Counted from the stretch's first letter, positions 24,060 to 40,092 are shown. The stretch: DNA of 64,000 nucleotides from Marsupella aquatica (GCA_973895155.1 OZ316898.1:10382286-10446285); one strand, 5' to 3'. Program-made: numbers and translations. Notes: generated by a model from the letters alone, not told the origin.

Positions 24060-27000
24060 TGTCGCATCCCTAACCTGGGCCTTAAATCCAGTTTAGTGCC
24101 ATGGTGCGACCTCGACCACCAGTAGGGGTGAGGGTTTGGGCAAGGAGGTGTGTAGTGGCCCCGATTAGCCCTAAGTCGGGCTAAGCCGCTATACTTACTG
24201 GTATAACGCTTAAGCAATTCGTACTAGTCATAGGTATCTTTTATCTTCCACCGCTGGAATCCTCCCTTAGTGACTCGGACTAACTCCTGGCTTGGGGCTT
24301 TTCAAGCCATCGATGCGAAAGAACCTTGTGACATACAATGGGTGGCAATCCCTACCATTAGTCCGCACCAGGTACGTCCCTTAAAATGGTGCCTTTGCCC
24401 AGACAAAGCATACTCACAACACTAGTTACTTGCGGAAACATTAGAGGGAAAAGACTACATTTACTCAGTGAAGCATCAGTTTACATGGTTGACTCGACTT
24501 CAAAGGGGGTTAGCAGGCCCAACGGCAGTCGATGCCCAGTCTCTACAAGGCCCCGCCTTGCACTTGCCCAGCAAGCTCGACTCTGGCTCTCACTCCTTGG
24601 TGCGCTGTGACCCTACTTAGGCCGGGACTCCCCGTGCCTCACCTATCTTCCGCTGAGATAACTAAGCCTAAATACTACAGTTTGCAGAAGAGAACCGAAT
24701 GATACTGCCTTTCGGGATACTACCTACTGCCTAACTACTTTCTAACAACTGGCCATGCCGCACTGACTGGTTGACCGTCCACGACGAGGGTGCCAACCGG
24801 GATGGCAGCGGCCAAGCCTATTGACAAAAATCTAGTCTGTTGATGGACTCCATCCTACGTTGGCTGATCCTAACTGATCCGGCCCTAATTCTTCCTACTA
24901 CCGCTAATCGGCGCCTAATGATAGCCATTCTGTCGTTGCCCCTAACCGAAAGATGCTGCTGACTTAACTGCCTCGCGTGGCGCCTGCTTCCATCCTTCGC
25001 TAACCACCCCTTACGTGGGTGCTGTGGTTGGACCAGGGCTGGTCCCCTTGTCAGGGCGAGACCTCGAGCCGCCTTGATCAGAGGTGGGCCCAGGTTTTCC
25101 CCGTTGGAGGACGAGCAGGGTAACGCGGTCCTACAAGGCCTTGTTGTCCCGTACCGCCTCCTCCGCCTTGTTTGCAGCTTCATCGGCCTCGGTCTAGAGC
25201 CACGCTACCTCCAGGTTGAGCTGGTTAATGGAGTCGCGATGGATCTGGTCCTGCGCTAGCAATTTATCCCGCTCGGCGGAGAGACTAGCCACCTGCTGCG
25301 CTGCCTGCAGGAATTGTTTGTTGAGGTCGGTCAGGCTGGTAACCCAAGCCAAAGATTCTGAGCGTAATTGAAGCACGGTGTCGTCCAACTTCTTGAGATC
25401 TGCTTGCGCTCCGCTTAACTCCTGGGTTAGTCCGTCCCTCTGTTTGACGGTGCGGACTAACTCCTCGCGGTGGGTAGTGGCTTCCTCCTCGAGGTGCTCT
25501 ACGAGCATCTGGAGGCGCCTGATCTCATTCCCCTTCGCCATGAGTTCTTCTTCCAAGCGGCTTACGATCCGTGGTTGGTGCTCTAACATGAAGAAGACCG
25601 GTTGAAAGTACACCGAGACTTGTTGTCCGATGTACGTCGCCAGCTCCCCAGACATAGTCTGGCTAAACTTTTGGACCAGGTCGTAGGCCATGGTCCCCGG
25701 GGCTACTTGGTAGTCCTCCATCCTCTCGGGTATCGGTGGTTCCTCGGGCGGGGCAACGAGCTCCTCTATAGTTTGCGCTGGGGAGGGGAAGGTTTCTTCA
25801 GGTGGTGGAGGGATTGGGGGTGGTTGTATTGCGGGTAGCGGAGGCTCGACGGAAGGGGGCGGCGGAATTTCCACAGGAGGAGGTGGTGGAGTATTAGTCG
25901 GGGCTTCCGGCTTGGGGTTGCCTCCTGTGGGGTGGGGGTGATATTAGTCGGGACTGAGGTGGCCATATTCTTTCCTTTGGCCTCCCGCCGTGCCTTGTAC
26001 CAGGCGAGGATAATGGCGATATGGCTTCCCAAGTAAGTCTTCCCCCCAATAGCCATACCACCCTGAGCCCGCTTCAGCTCCCCCGAGAATCTTTGGTAGA
26101 AGAATTGGGCCCAGTCCGGCCGTTTGTACTGTTCCACCTGCACGATCGTGCAGAGGGAAATCTCGGATCGTGGCTCAATCATGTGTAAGGTGGTCCATAT
26201 GAATTTAAGACGCTCCATGCAGATTAAGTTGGTGCACGACCCCTGCTTGTATCCATTGCCCGTCTTACCCTCGGGTTTGAAGTGCCGTGGCATATACTCC
26301 TTATCCTGAATTCGGAGTACAACCGGCACCGGCCCAGTTGGCAGACGGAAGATTTGCGTTAACCGATGCTCCGTGAGTGATAAGGCCTGCCCCAAAACCT
26401 TGGTGGTCGATGCGTTAGTGTCAAAATTGGAGATAAACTCACAAATCTCCTTTGGCCCGGTGGCGCACGGCCTCCATAGCAAGTGAGCGAACTGCTCCAA
26501 CTGATGCTCCTTGAGATAGTCCGCGTGTTCGAGTTTCTTGATCGCGATCCAGACTACTTCGGGGACGCGGATTACCTGTAATAAGTTGGACTTCGGGTTA
26601 TCCAGGGGCCGTCGGTTCTGGTTGGCCGGGGGGTTTGCCGGGGCAGGTGCAGGCGCAACGTTGGTTTGCGTTGTTGATTCGGGGGCCATCGTCGTCCTTG
26701 GCCGCTTACGAGAATATTGTTTGAGTTGCAGACTAACTTGCTCGAAACCTGAAAAACATTCTGTGTTGATCACTGGACGGACTTGGGACCGGTTCGGCGG
26801 TACGCCAGTGGTCATCGGCTGAGGCACTAGTGGTATCGGGGTAGCCATATCCCAGTTGAAGGCGTTGGAGCTTTCCCCGAGGAACGTAAGATTACGCGCC
26901 GCTTCCCGTTGTCTGCTGATGTCTTCTTGGCACTTTTTGGCTGCGATCTGCTGGTCTAGGTACCCCAGAATCTTGTCGAACTCCGCTTGAGTAAGCCGCT

Positions 27001-27840
27001 GGCTGCCCTTCAGCTTAAAGAACTTCGCTGGGACTTCAAGAATCGCCTCTGCTACCAATCTAAGCCCTTCCTCGCTGAGATATAGTTTGGTGATGTAGTC
27101 TCGCAGCTCGTTGTAGCTGGAATCCCTGGTGATGGCTGTCCTTTCGCAATTAACCAGTGCTACCTTGGTCACCAGCTTCGCGTATCTTCGTTCGTAAGCT
27201 GCTTTCTCGGGACAAGAGTACCAGTAAGTCTCGAAGAACTTAGCACCTACCTCGCCAAACAAGGTCCAAAATCCCAAGGCTATAAGGGTCATACTAACCT
27301 CGTAGTCCGGTCCATTGAGTCCACGTTCCCCCTCGGTTGGTCCTTTTTCTTGTGGAGGTCTCGCTCGTCCTGACTAATCTCGCCACCTTCCGCTCTTATC
27401 CCTCGATAATCTCCTTGTAAAGGTCAACTTGATTCGATCAGAAAGGCGAGTGGATGGCAACGTCCGCGAATTCCAAAAAGGTGGAAATGAGCAAATGGCC
27501 CGCAGCGCCATCGGCTCCTCTCTTATGGAGGTGCCAGGATGAGCCCGAGCGTGAGAAGGCTAGGCCGTTTTGGTCATTGAATGAGCTGAAGTCGGCGCCT
27601 CGGTCCAAGCGTGACTTCTAACTGATTTTTACTCCGCTGCCACCATTGTACCCCGGTCGCGCGTAATAATCCTCTTCCTGAACTCATAATTATTCGGTCA
27701 TCTTAACCTACTCCTAATCTATTCATAATGGCAACGGACGGCTATACGTGCTATTCTACGCTACGGCTACGGTCCTAACGTCCGTATAAGACCTAATCTA
27801 CGACCTGGGTTTGGTTAAGTGACACGTTACCCGTGTCACA
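24060..27840. mobile_element. 3781-bp TG...CA insertion with 5-bp TSD (solo-LTR-like or internally deleted LTR element)
   Basis: Starts TGTCGCA, ends GTGTCACA; CAAGA at 24055-24059 and 27841-27845. No paired LTRs, PBS, gag or pol seen. Confidence 0.8.
24930..27292 (-). pseudogene. Large retroelement accessory-ORF pseudogene (plant transposon protein-like domain, Pro-rich linker, coiled coil)
   Basis: ORFs 27292-25766 and 25874-25194 join through one frameshift near 25900-25940 and continue through TAG/TAA stops. EFISNF...VLGQALSLTEHRLTQIFRLP and DWAQFF...YLGSHIAII resemble extra ORFs of Athila/Tat-type elements. Confidence 0.6.
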
Positions 27841-28324
27841 CAAGATCACATTGACGAGGAATTCCTTGTGAAAGGGTGGGGGTGGGAGTGTATCACACCT
27901 CGCAGATGGACATCAATGAATCAATGCACACTAGTTGGGAGAGAAACTTGAAGAGATCAAATCTACATAATATTGTTGACGATGTCTAGAGCCGCTGACC
28001 TCTTGTGAGATCTGCAGACGTACCAGCAACAACGGTCGCTAAGATGATCGAAGCACACAACAATTAGATTGCTAATAAACAATTCAATTACAGGGAAATG
28101 GCAACAACAATGAATTTACCTCGAGCCAAAACAATGGGTGCCTCCGTCCACACCGTTTCCAGTTCACAGCAAATTGTCGTCAAACTTCAAAAGTGTTGTA
28201 GGGCCTGCGAATGGGTCAAATGGCAATCACCTGTCTGACTTCCATTGAAGACTATCCAAATTGTGCAAAGAAGAGAGATCGAGACTACAAGTACCTATTG
28301 TGCACTGGAATAGCTTTTTAAGCT

Positions 28325-29050
28325 GGGTGATAAACACACACCTGAGAACCTGAGATAGAGCAGAGAAAATATTTCAAGTGTCAGCTGTTGAAATTTCTAA
28401 AGTACACAATCGTGGGAGCAAAAGCTGATTGCTGTGGGCGAGAAATTGCAGTGAAGCCGATGTTCAAGAGAGAGTTTGTGAGAAGAATGAGATGTACGTG
28501 CATGTCCGGAGACGAAAATGATATTACTCTATGGATAACCTGGCGAGGAGACGAAGTGGGACCTTCAACGTTTATCACACAACAGATTGAGGTGCATCGA
28601 CTGCTACAAAATTGTGAGTCTCAATCTCATGGATTGCATTTGCGCAGTACAATCCCAAGTCTGTTTGGGGCAATTTGTCCAGGTGCAATCACTTGGATAA
28701 ATACCGAGTACCCAATGCAAGTAAAAGCACAACCGACTGTCGTCAACAATGCCAACACAAAAAGCAAGATTGATTCATACTCTCTCGTCAAATATTCCAA
28801 TACGAAATGCAAGATTGATTCATGCGCGTCACAGGAAAGCTCTATGCCACGGGAGAGTTGTGTGTGACAGGAGAAGTTGTGTGTCACGGGAGAGTTGTGT
28901 CATAGGAGAAATTGACGGGAGAGATGGGTAACGACACACATGGCCACGTCACTGAAGAAGCAAAGGGAGAGGGATGGATGGGCTGGCCTGGGAAAGACTG
29001 TTCACTCGGGCAAGGCAGAGGCCCTTTTATAGGGGAAGTTGTGGTTTAAC
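28325..29050 (-). repeat. ~730-bp dispersed repeat, copy 1 (probable end of an unclassified transposon)
   Basis: Aligns by eye, inverted, with 39377-40092. Both share the sharp terminus TAAACCACAACTT(C/T)CCCTATA and internal GTGTCACA-rich subrepeats. Confidence 0.8.
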
Positions 29051-29510
29051 ACGCAACAAAAAATGGCCAAACAGGAGATAGGATCCCATAGATAGGTGAC
29101 CCAATAAAGGGGTCAAACTCAGGATAAACTTGAAATTACCAAAGAACCAAAAACTCAAGAGCCAAAATGCGTATGTAGGTGGTTTTATAGGATATGGGGG
29201 CCATGGGGCCATGCTCAAAGGATTTTATTACCACATGCAATCCAAAATATGTACTTTTGATAAAAATTAATTAAATTTTATAAAAACATAGAAAATAACA
29301 AGGTATTATGAACTCATATTTATAGAATATTTTATAATTTAAAATCATTTATAGGCACTTGTGTACTAAAAGTTTCCCCATGGCCTGCAGTCAAGGAGTA
29401 AGTAAATTGTTATTGTTTCTCCCCACGCGTCACCCAAGGACACAATATTAAGTTATCCGTCCTGAGCGGAGAGCGCCAGTGAAAAGTGACGGGAGAGTGA
29501 CATAAATCCA

Positions 29511-29926
29511 GTGGGCTGGTAAAGATGGTTTTTCACTATCAGCTCGACTTGCGTGGGCCGGTAAAGATGGTTTTTCACTATCAGCCCGACTTGCAAGAAT
29601 TTTTATATATCACAGTGCCCAAGGGCAAAAAAAACCTAACCCCGGGAGACATGATCCCAAAGGCAAAGCAACCTTCGTTTCACCATCAGCCCAACTTGCA
29701 AGAATTTTTATATATCACATTGCCCAAGGGCAGAAAAAACCTAACCCGGAGAGACATGATCCCAAAGACAAAGAAACCCAATGACCCAATGAAGGGGAGT
29801 AAAGGAGGAGAAAGTGCCCCAAGAAAATCAAGCCAAGGGATCCCAACCACAAGGAGAATGAAGGGGAGTAAAGGAGGAGAAAGTGCCCCAAGAAAATCAA
29901 GCCAAGGGATCCCAACCACAAGGAGA
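29511..29926 (+). repeat. Three adjacent tandem duplications (42, 105 and 69 bp) upstream of VPS33
   Basis: Repeat starts at 29525/29567, 29591/29696 and 29789/29858. Confidence 0.85.
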
Positions 29927-30615
29927 CGAAGGAACAAATACCAAAAAGTAAACTACAAAGGAACCGTGAGCGAGAAGAGACGAGAAGCCGTGAGCGAGAA
30001 GAGAAGAAAAGAGATGAGAAGAGACGAGAAGAGGAGCGAAGCGAAAGCCGAGGGAAGAAAGTTTGTCTTGGGCAAAGAATGTGATGATGACGAGAGAATA
30101 ACATACACGGAGGGGAGAAGCAAAGCATTTGAGATGGGCATTTGAGAAGGGTGGAGAATCGAGCGAGGCTGCGCTTGCTTGCATACGGATTTGCCGATGC
30201 AGCAATGGTAATGTGTAGGGGAGAGGATGAGAGGAAGGAGCTTGCGATGAGGCAGGGCGAAGCGGAAGGTTGTCCTGTTTTTAAAAGGTTGAGATAGATC
30301 GTGAGATCGATAGAAAGACAGAGGGAGGGAGGGAGTCTAGATGGATTGGAATTGAAAATGAGAAGAATTGAGTCGGTGGTTGCGAAGGAAGGAAGGCAGT
30401 GGGGTAAGGGGGACGGGCGGACGGAGGACGGAGGGAGGGAGCAACGCTTAAGCGAATGTATATAAACCTCGTCAATCGTAAGGCTTGACGTGAACGGATT
30501 AGCCTCTTTCCTTTGAAGTTCACCGGGGTAAAGTACAGTCGGAAGATCGTTCTAGGGGAAGGGGATGTGCAAAAGGAACGAAGTGAGTGATTGAGAGGTT
30601 GGTAGATATAGCACC

Positions 30616-32478
30616 ATGGCTCAAATTCCGAGCTTAGACCATGCCCCAATCAATCTTCTTTCTATCCGAGAACAGGCTCAGAAGGAGCTAGTTCAGGTTT
30701 TAGACTCGATACCGGGCAAGAAGGTCATGGTGTTGGACTCCAAGATTAGTGGCCCACTCGCTCTAGTTGCTCAACCTTCCCTTTTGAAAGAGCACGGAGT
30801 GGAAAGCCTCCGTCACCTCTCAGCTGATCCAGCTCAATCAGAATGCAAAAATGTGGTTTATTTAGTTAGGCCACGAATGGGGCTCATGAAGCTGATAGCT
30901 GCTCAGATTCAACAGGAGCTTAGGTTGAAGGTGTCGAAGAATTATTCTCTGGTTTTTGTACCACGGAGAACTATTGTGTGTGAGAAGGTTTTGGAGGAGG
31001 AGGGAGTTCTTCGCAATGTCACAATTCTGGAATACCCGTTGTACCTTATACCCTACGATGAGGATGTACTTTCCTTAGAAATAGATCATGTTCTGAAAGA
31101 AACAAAAGTGGACGGTGACCAGAGTGCGCTTTGGTACGTTGCCCGGGCTCTTGATGTACTTCAGTCCCGGTTTGGTTTGATCCCCAACGTCAAAGGCAAG
31201 GGGAAAGCTGCAGCTCAAGTTGCTGACATTCTCAGTAGAATGCAAAGGGAGCAAGGTGTGGATACAGAAGGGGTGTGTTCGGAGATTGACACAATGATAC
31301 TACTTGACAGGCAGGTAGATCTGGTCACCCCAATGTGCTGGCAGCTGACTTATGAAGGTCTAATTGATGAGTTTCTTTCAATTAACAATGGAGTAGTGGA
31401 GCTTTCTCCAACGATTTTAGGTCAAGCTCCACCAGCAGCTGGTGGACCAGCAGCTGGTGGGGCAGCAGCTGCTTCCACCAGGAAAGTTCCACTGAATTCT
31501 ACTGACAATCTATTCAGAGAACTGAGAGATTTGAATTTTGGGGTTGTGGGCAATGTCCTACGTAACAAGGCAACTAGCATGAAACAGGACTACACTGATA
31601 TGACAGGTGGAGGTCCAAAACAGCAGTCAGTTTCAGAACTGAAGGACTTTGTGAAGAAGTTGAATGTTCTTCCAGAGTTGACGAGGCATACAAACATAGC
31701 TCAACATCTTTCCACTTTTACAAAGAAGCCTGATTTTCTTGCCCGGCTTCACATTGAGCAGACGCTTGTAGAGGGCCAAAATCCTGATGTATGTTTTGAG
31801 TATGTGGAAGAGATGATTCACAGGCAGGGAAACTTAGAGAGTGTTCTTCGTTTATTAGTATTGCTCTCCCTTACCAGTGGCATACCGAAGAAGCAATTTG
31901 ATTACTTGAGGAGAGAGTTCCTGCAGAGCTATGGGTTTGAGCACATGTTTACCCTCACCAATTTAGAGAAAGCTGGGCTTCTCAAGAAACAAGAAGCCAA
32001 GAGCAGTTGGCAAAATGTAAAACGGGGACTGAAACTTGTTGTAGAGGATGTGGATGATGCCAACCCAACGGACATTGCTTACGTGTATTCAGGATATGCC
32101 CCCCTCAGCATTAGACTAGTAGAGCAGGTCGTCAAAGGTGGATGGAAGACAGTCGATGAGGTAGTCAAACTACTCCCTGGACCAACATTTGAAAAGAAGC
32201 AGGGAGTTCATGCAAATGGTTCTGTCACGGCAGAGGGCACTACTTGGGAAGCACAACCAGCTCCTGACAGTGAACCGGCAGCCGATGGCAGGAGGGCTGT
32301 GGTGTTAGTCGTCTTTATTGGAGGTGTCACGTTTGCGGAAATTTCTGCTCTTCGCTTCCTGGGTGCACAGGAGGGAATGAAGTACGATTTTATTGTAGCC
32401 ACCACGAAGCTCGTCAATGGGACAGGTTTGCTAAAGACTATTATGGAGGATGTACAAGGGCCAAGCATTTCCTCATGA
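30616..32478 (+). CDS. VPS33: Vacuolar protein sorting 33 (Sec1/Munc18 family, HOPS/CORVET subunit), single exon, 620 aa
   Basis: Full-length similarity to plant VPS33: MAQIPSL, FVPRR, LLDRQVDLVTPM, QLTYEGLIDE, DIAYVYSGYAPLSIRL, VVFIGGVTFAEISALRFL. Confidence 0.97.
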   Translation: MAQIPSLDHAPINLLSIREQAQKELVQVLDSIPGKKVMVLDSKISGPLALVAQPSLLKEHGVESLRHLSADPAQSECKNVVYLVRPRMGLMKLIAAQIQQELRLKVSKNYSLVFVPRRTIVCEKVLEEEGVLRNVTILEYPLYLIPYDEDVLSLEIDHVLKETKVDGDQSALWYVARALDVLQSRFGLIPNVKGKGKAAAQVADILSRMQREQGVDTEGVCSEIDTMILLDRQVDLVTPMCWQLTYEGLIDEFLSINNGVVELSPTILGQAPPAAGGPAAGGAAAASTRKVPLNSTDNLFRELRDLNFGVVGNVLRNKATSMKQDYTDMTGGGPKQQSVSELKDFVKKLNVLPELTRHTNIAQHLSTFTKKPDFLARLHIEQTLVEGQNPDVCFEYVEEMIHRQGNLESVLRLLVLLSLTSGIPKKQFDYLRREFLQSYGFEHMFTLTNLEKAGLLKKQEAKSSWQNVKRGLKLVVEDVDDANPTDIAYVYSGYAPLSIRLVEQVVKGGWKTVDEVVKLLPGPTFEKKQGVHANGSVTAEGTTWEAQPAPDSEPAADGRRAVVLVVFIGGVTFAEISALRFLGAQEGMKYDFIVATTKLVNGTGLLKTIMEDVQGPSISS

Positions 32479-34094
32479 TAGAAGTCTGGTTCATAACGAC
32501 GTCTGACAGGAACGGGCTTCTTCCCAAGTTTTCCGTGAGTTTCCAGTGGAGATCCAGGTGTAGTGAATGACTACGTCTCACATAAACTACACACCCCAAA
32601 AGTCAGCCATGGGTTTCAACTGAGATGCAGATGTGGAGGATGACAAATTTTTTGTGTGAAGAAAAGTACATGAGTCCTCCACCTCCCGACGGAAATGTTA
32701 TGGATGCAGTCTTGCGTACCCAGCAATCTCCACAAATGTTTAGTGAGTGACACGTCTCTAGGGATGAGTTTCTTCTTTGCAGAAACTGGGACGGTTGCGA
32801 GTCTCCTGTTCCCGAGATTCACCCGTAGCTTCAGTGCGATGCGGTTCTTCAGTTTGGGTTGCTGATGTAGGATTTGAGTTTCAAGAACCGTGTCACTGAG
32901 TACTTTCCACGCGTTAATTGGGCTGCGAGTTAATCACGCGTTCATGTATGACTACGTCGTTGCGTGAGTTGCAGAGCCTTGCATTCACTTCAATGTAACG
33001 CTAGTTGGCTCCATGATGGATAAGGTACAAATATCCAGAGGTTCCTCCTAAGCAGGAAGCTTGATGCAGTCTGGAGATACCAAAAATAAGTACTTCGAGA
33101 ATTCTGGAAAGCTAGCAAGAACGTCAAAAACGACACAACTGTACTGGATGAACTCCTACATCCACGAGTTCCCCGTGATCGTTGGGAAGCGTTTGTGGGT
33201 CTGAGGTTTCCACGTAACTAGCACAGAAGCAATAAAAACTTTGACCAATTTTTTGGGTCCAAATCCGACAGCATCTTCGACGTCCCAAGCAGAAAACTGT
33301 GCAAGAGCCCAATGGTGAACCTACACCAGCAGTGGAGAGTTTTAATTTGCCGGTCCTAAATGTCCTTACGCCACCACCTGTTTTGACATGTCCTACAGAT
33401 GTTGGTATGGCTTAGAATCATTGCGATTAGGTTTCAAGTGTGTGGGTCATGCTTTCGCCCGTGTTCGCAAGGGCCTGGAATGCTGAGGATGGGCTTTCTG
33501 CCTGAATTCGTTGGAAGCTCTAGAAAGTCCTACGTGTAAAACTATGCAGCGAATATTTTGATGAGCACCTTGTTCCCTTAATCGCTAGTCACAAGTAGAG
33601 ACAACGCACAAAACAGCTTCCAGGAACATGTGGGCAATCAGAAGTGAATCGCTATAGCCAGAAGATGCGAGAAATGCACAACAAATTTGAGGACCAATCA
33701 TAACTGACCCTCTCTGACAATGCAGGAGGAGCATTTATGAAGGTTCCCCCAACAATAAATTGGGGCGGGGTGCAACAATAAATTGGGGCTGGGTGCAGGA
33801 GGAGCATTTATGAAGCTTCTTGCACAATAAATGGGGGCGGGGTAACAACAAAGAAGGCGGGGAATCGAACTTCATGAACTCGTCCCAAATTAGGCTACCT
33901 GAACTTTAGCAAAGGTCTCCAGATGGTAATTAAACCGTTTGAAACCCCACCTAGCATAGTGCCACAATTCCTGCCTAACAAAGCTAATTTCCTTCTGCAG
34001 TACAACAAATGATCCTGACTTTCTCTATGGGATGTCTTCTAAATATCATGAGTAAAACAAGAACTCACACAACTTTCTCTGGGCTGCCCCTAAA

Positions 34095-34270
34095 GAAGAA
34101 TGATGCACCGGCCAAGTCAAACACATCGATGGGCTCAAACCCATGCTGCTTTGCAGATTTATGGCTCTATAGATAGATAGATAAGAAGAATGATGCACCG
34201 GCCAAGTCAACACATCGATGGACTCAAACCCATGCTGCTTTGCAGATTTATGGCTCTATAGATAGATAGA
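34095..34270. repeat. ~88-bp tandem duplication ending in (ATAG)n
   Basis: AAGAAGAATGATGCACCGGCCAAGTCAA...TTTATGGCTCTATAGATAGATAG occurs twice. Confidence 0.85.
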
Positions 34271-35447
34271 TTCACCATCTTTTATAGGGACATGCTTTGC
34301 AGAGTTATAGCTCTACAGATAGATTCAACCTTAATAGGAATATGCTTTGTAGCTTTATAGTTTCACCATCTTTGGGGATGAAATCGATTGAGTCATACAT
34401 CTGTTGAAGTTTTGCCATCTTCACTTGGTGTATGCTTTGCAGCTTATAGTTTCACCATCTTTGCTTGGAATCGAATGAGTGATTCTTCGCGCTTGATGAA
34501 GTTTCACCATCTTCGAATTGAGTCCAGTTATTCTGACCCTTGATAAGTCATTTCTGCTACTTTAGAGCTATAGCGGGTTATCTAATCTTCCTTATTCACT
34601 AAGAAACTAACTCGAACGTTGCCACGGGTACTCTCGGACATATATTTTGGGTGACGGGTACTTTTAATGAAAAATAGGTTTTCTTTCGTAACACTAGTGA
34701 CCTTGGTCAAAGGGGTAGCCCAGTTTGTACAGTGCATGTTAGTTTGACTAGCCCTATTGGGCACCCAAGGATCACGGCTATTGGGCACCCAAGGATCACG
34801 GGAACAGCGCTGAGCTGACATCCCACATTCAGTTCCGACAAAAATTGGGAAACAAGTGATACATCTCATCTCCCTCGTGTGTTTTCTTGTCGTCAATTTG
34901 ATGAGCAAGTTCAATCCTCCACATAAGTAATTCTGGATTCAAAGAAAATGGGCCGGGTTGGTTGTATACAATGGGTCATTCCAACGTGTACACTCTGCGA
35001 TCTTGAGATCTAAATTGTGTGTATCCAAGACCATAGCATACAGCTTGAGCCAAGACAACCATTAAAATTTCAACCAAACTCACCAGGCTTCGAAATTTCG
35101 AAGGTGAGTTTTCAAATTTCATCCAAGACTACCATAGACATTGACAGACCAGCGACTGGGCAGAGTGACCTTCCAAATTCATCAATGCCGAGAGATGGTC
35201 GACTTCATGAAATGAGCTCAAAATGTAACGAGTTGATATGTACAAAGAGGATATAACAGCCTTCGCATGGGGGAAACATGCAAATCTCTGTTTTAAGGCG
35301 ATTGAATGTATCACTAACACCAATACCTGATCCAGGTATGCCCCAGCTTTGAGAACCACATGACTACAAATTTTATGGACCGGTCACAAAACTTTATCCA
35401 TTACTTCAACTCCAACTTCAAGCAAAACCATCATATCACGCCATAAA

Positions 35448-38633
<3,186 letters not shown>

Positions 38634-38820
38634 GATGTTTCGTTCGCGGGATGTTGGAAGCATTCAGGTTGTGAAACAATGTTCGCAGATTGCAGGCTTT
38701 GCTTTGATTTGCAGTTTTTGCTTTGCTTTGCAGTTTTGAGTCTTCTCATTCGGGTCGAGCAACGATCCTCACGTTATCAAACACCAACCTGACTGCTTGA
38801 TTATGAGACACTACCCAGGG

Positions 38821-39077
38821 CACACCCCACCATTAACTTGACCTGTCAAGAAGGTTACCAGTGTAACCTTTTTTACTAGATGCCATACCCCACCATTAAC
38901 TTGAACTGTCAAGAAGGTTACCAGTGTAACCCTTTTTTACTAGGTGCCATACCCCACCATTAACTTGAACTGTCAAGAAGGTTACCAGTGTAACCCTTTT
39001 TTACTAGGTGCCATACCCCACCATTAACTTGACCTGTCAAGAAGGTTACCGGTGTAACCTTTTTTACTAGGTGCCAT
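38821..39077. repeat. Four near-identical 63-64-bp tandem repeats in the PBA1 promoter
   Basis: ACCCCACCATTAAC at 38824, 38887, 38951 and 39015; each unit contains the palindrome GGTTAC-N4-GTAACC. Confidence 0.9.
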
Positions 39078-39376
39078 CACTTCCATAACCCTATGCCCAT
39101 AAAATCTTGGAGTTAATTTTTTCACCTTTTTTACTAGGTGCCATCATTTCCATACCTCTATGCCCAGAAAATCTTGCGGGTAATTTTTTTCTGGGCAGGT
39201 AGTACATATCATAATGACTCTTTGGGCCGGGTTTACTCTTCTGTAGACTGGCAGCATTTGTACAGTGACCTTTCTATAACTGCACACTTCACCAAGCCTG
39301 TAACCAAAGAGGGTTTGGTCACAATAGACTGAACTTAAAAAAGCAAATCTTAAATATATTTCACTTATGTCACCAA

Positions 39377-40092
39377 TAAACCACAACTTTCCCTATAATG
39401 GGCTGTTCATTAGTCTTTGCCCGAGTGGACAATTCAACCAAGTGAGCAGGCTTTCCCGAGCCAGCCCATCCATCCCTCTCCCTTAATTTGCTTCTCCAGT
39501 GACATGGCCGGTGTGTCGCTACCCATCTCTCCCATCAGTTTCTCATGTGACACACAAATCTTTGTGACACAGCATGAATCAATCCTGCATTTTGTGTTGG
39601 CATTGTTGATGAGAGTCGCTTGTGTCACAGTATGAATCAATCCTGCATTTTGTGTTGGCATTGTTGACGAGAGTCACTTGCGTTCTTACTTGCGTTGGAT
39701 ACTTAATACTGATCCAAACAATTGCACCTGAACAAAATTGTCCAAAAGAGACTTGGGATTGTACTCTGCAAATGCAATCCATGAGATCAAGGCTCACAAT
39801 TTTGCAAACAACAATAGTCAATGCACCTCGATCTGTTATGTGATAAAAGTTGAAGGTCCCACTTTGTCTCCTCGCCAAGCAATCAATTCTGTAGATGTAT
39901 TTTCCCTCCTGACATGCACGTACATCTCATTCTCACTTCTCATTGATTCACTCAACACCTGCTTCACTGCAATTTCTCACCCATAGCAATCATCTTTTGC
40001 TCCCACAATTGTGTACTTCAGAAATTTCAACTGACAAAACATTTTCTCTGCTCTATCTCAGGTTTTCAGGTGTGCATGTGTTTATCACACAG
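39377..40092 (+). repeat. ~720-bp dispersed repeat, copy 2 (inverted relative to 28325-29050)
   Basis: Same sequence family and same terminus as copy 1. Confidence 0.8.

Noticed and set aside
33853-33875. GTTCGATTCCCC B-box-like motif on the minus strand
   Set aside because: No A-box or cloverleaf around it.
38821-39077. CRISPR-like appearance (regular palindromic repeats)
   Set aside because: The units are contiguous and near-identical, with no unique spacers and no cas genes, in a eukaryotic context. It is a minisatellite.
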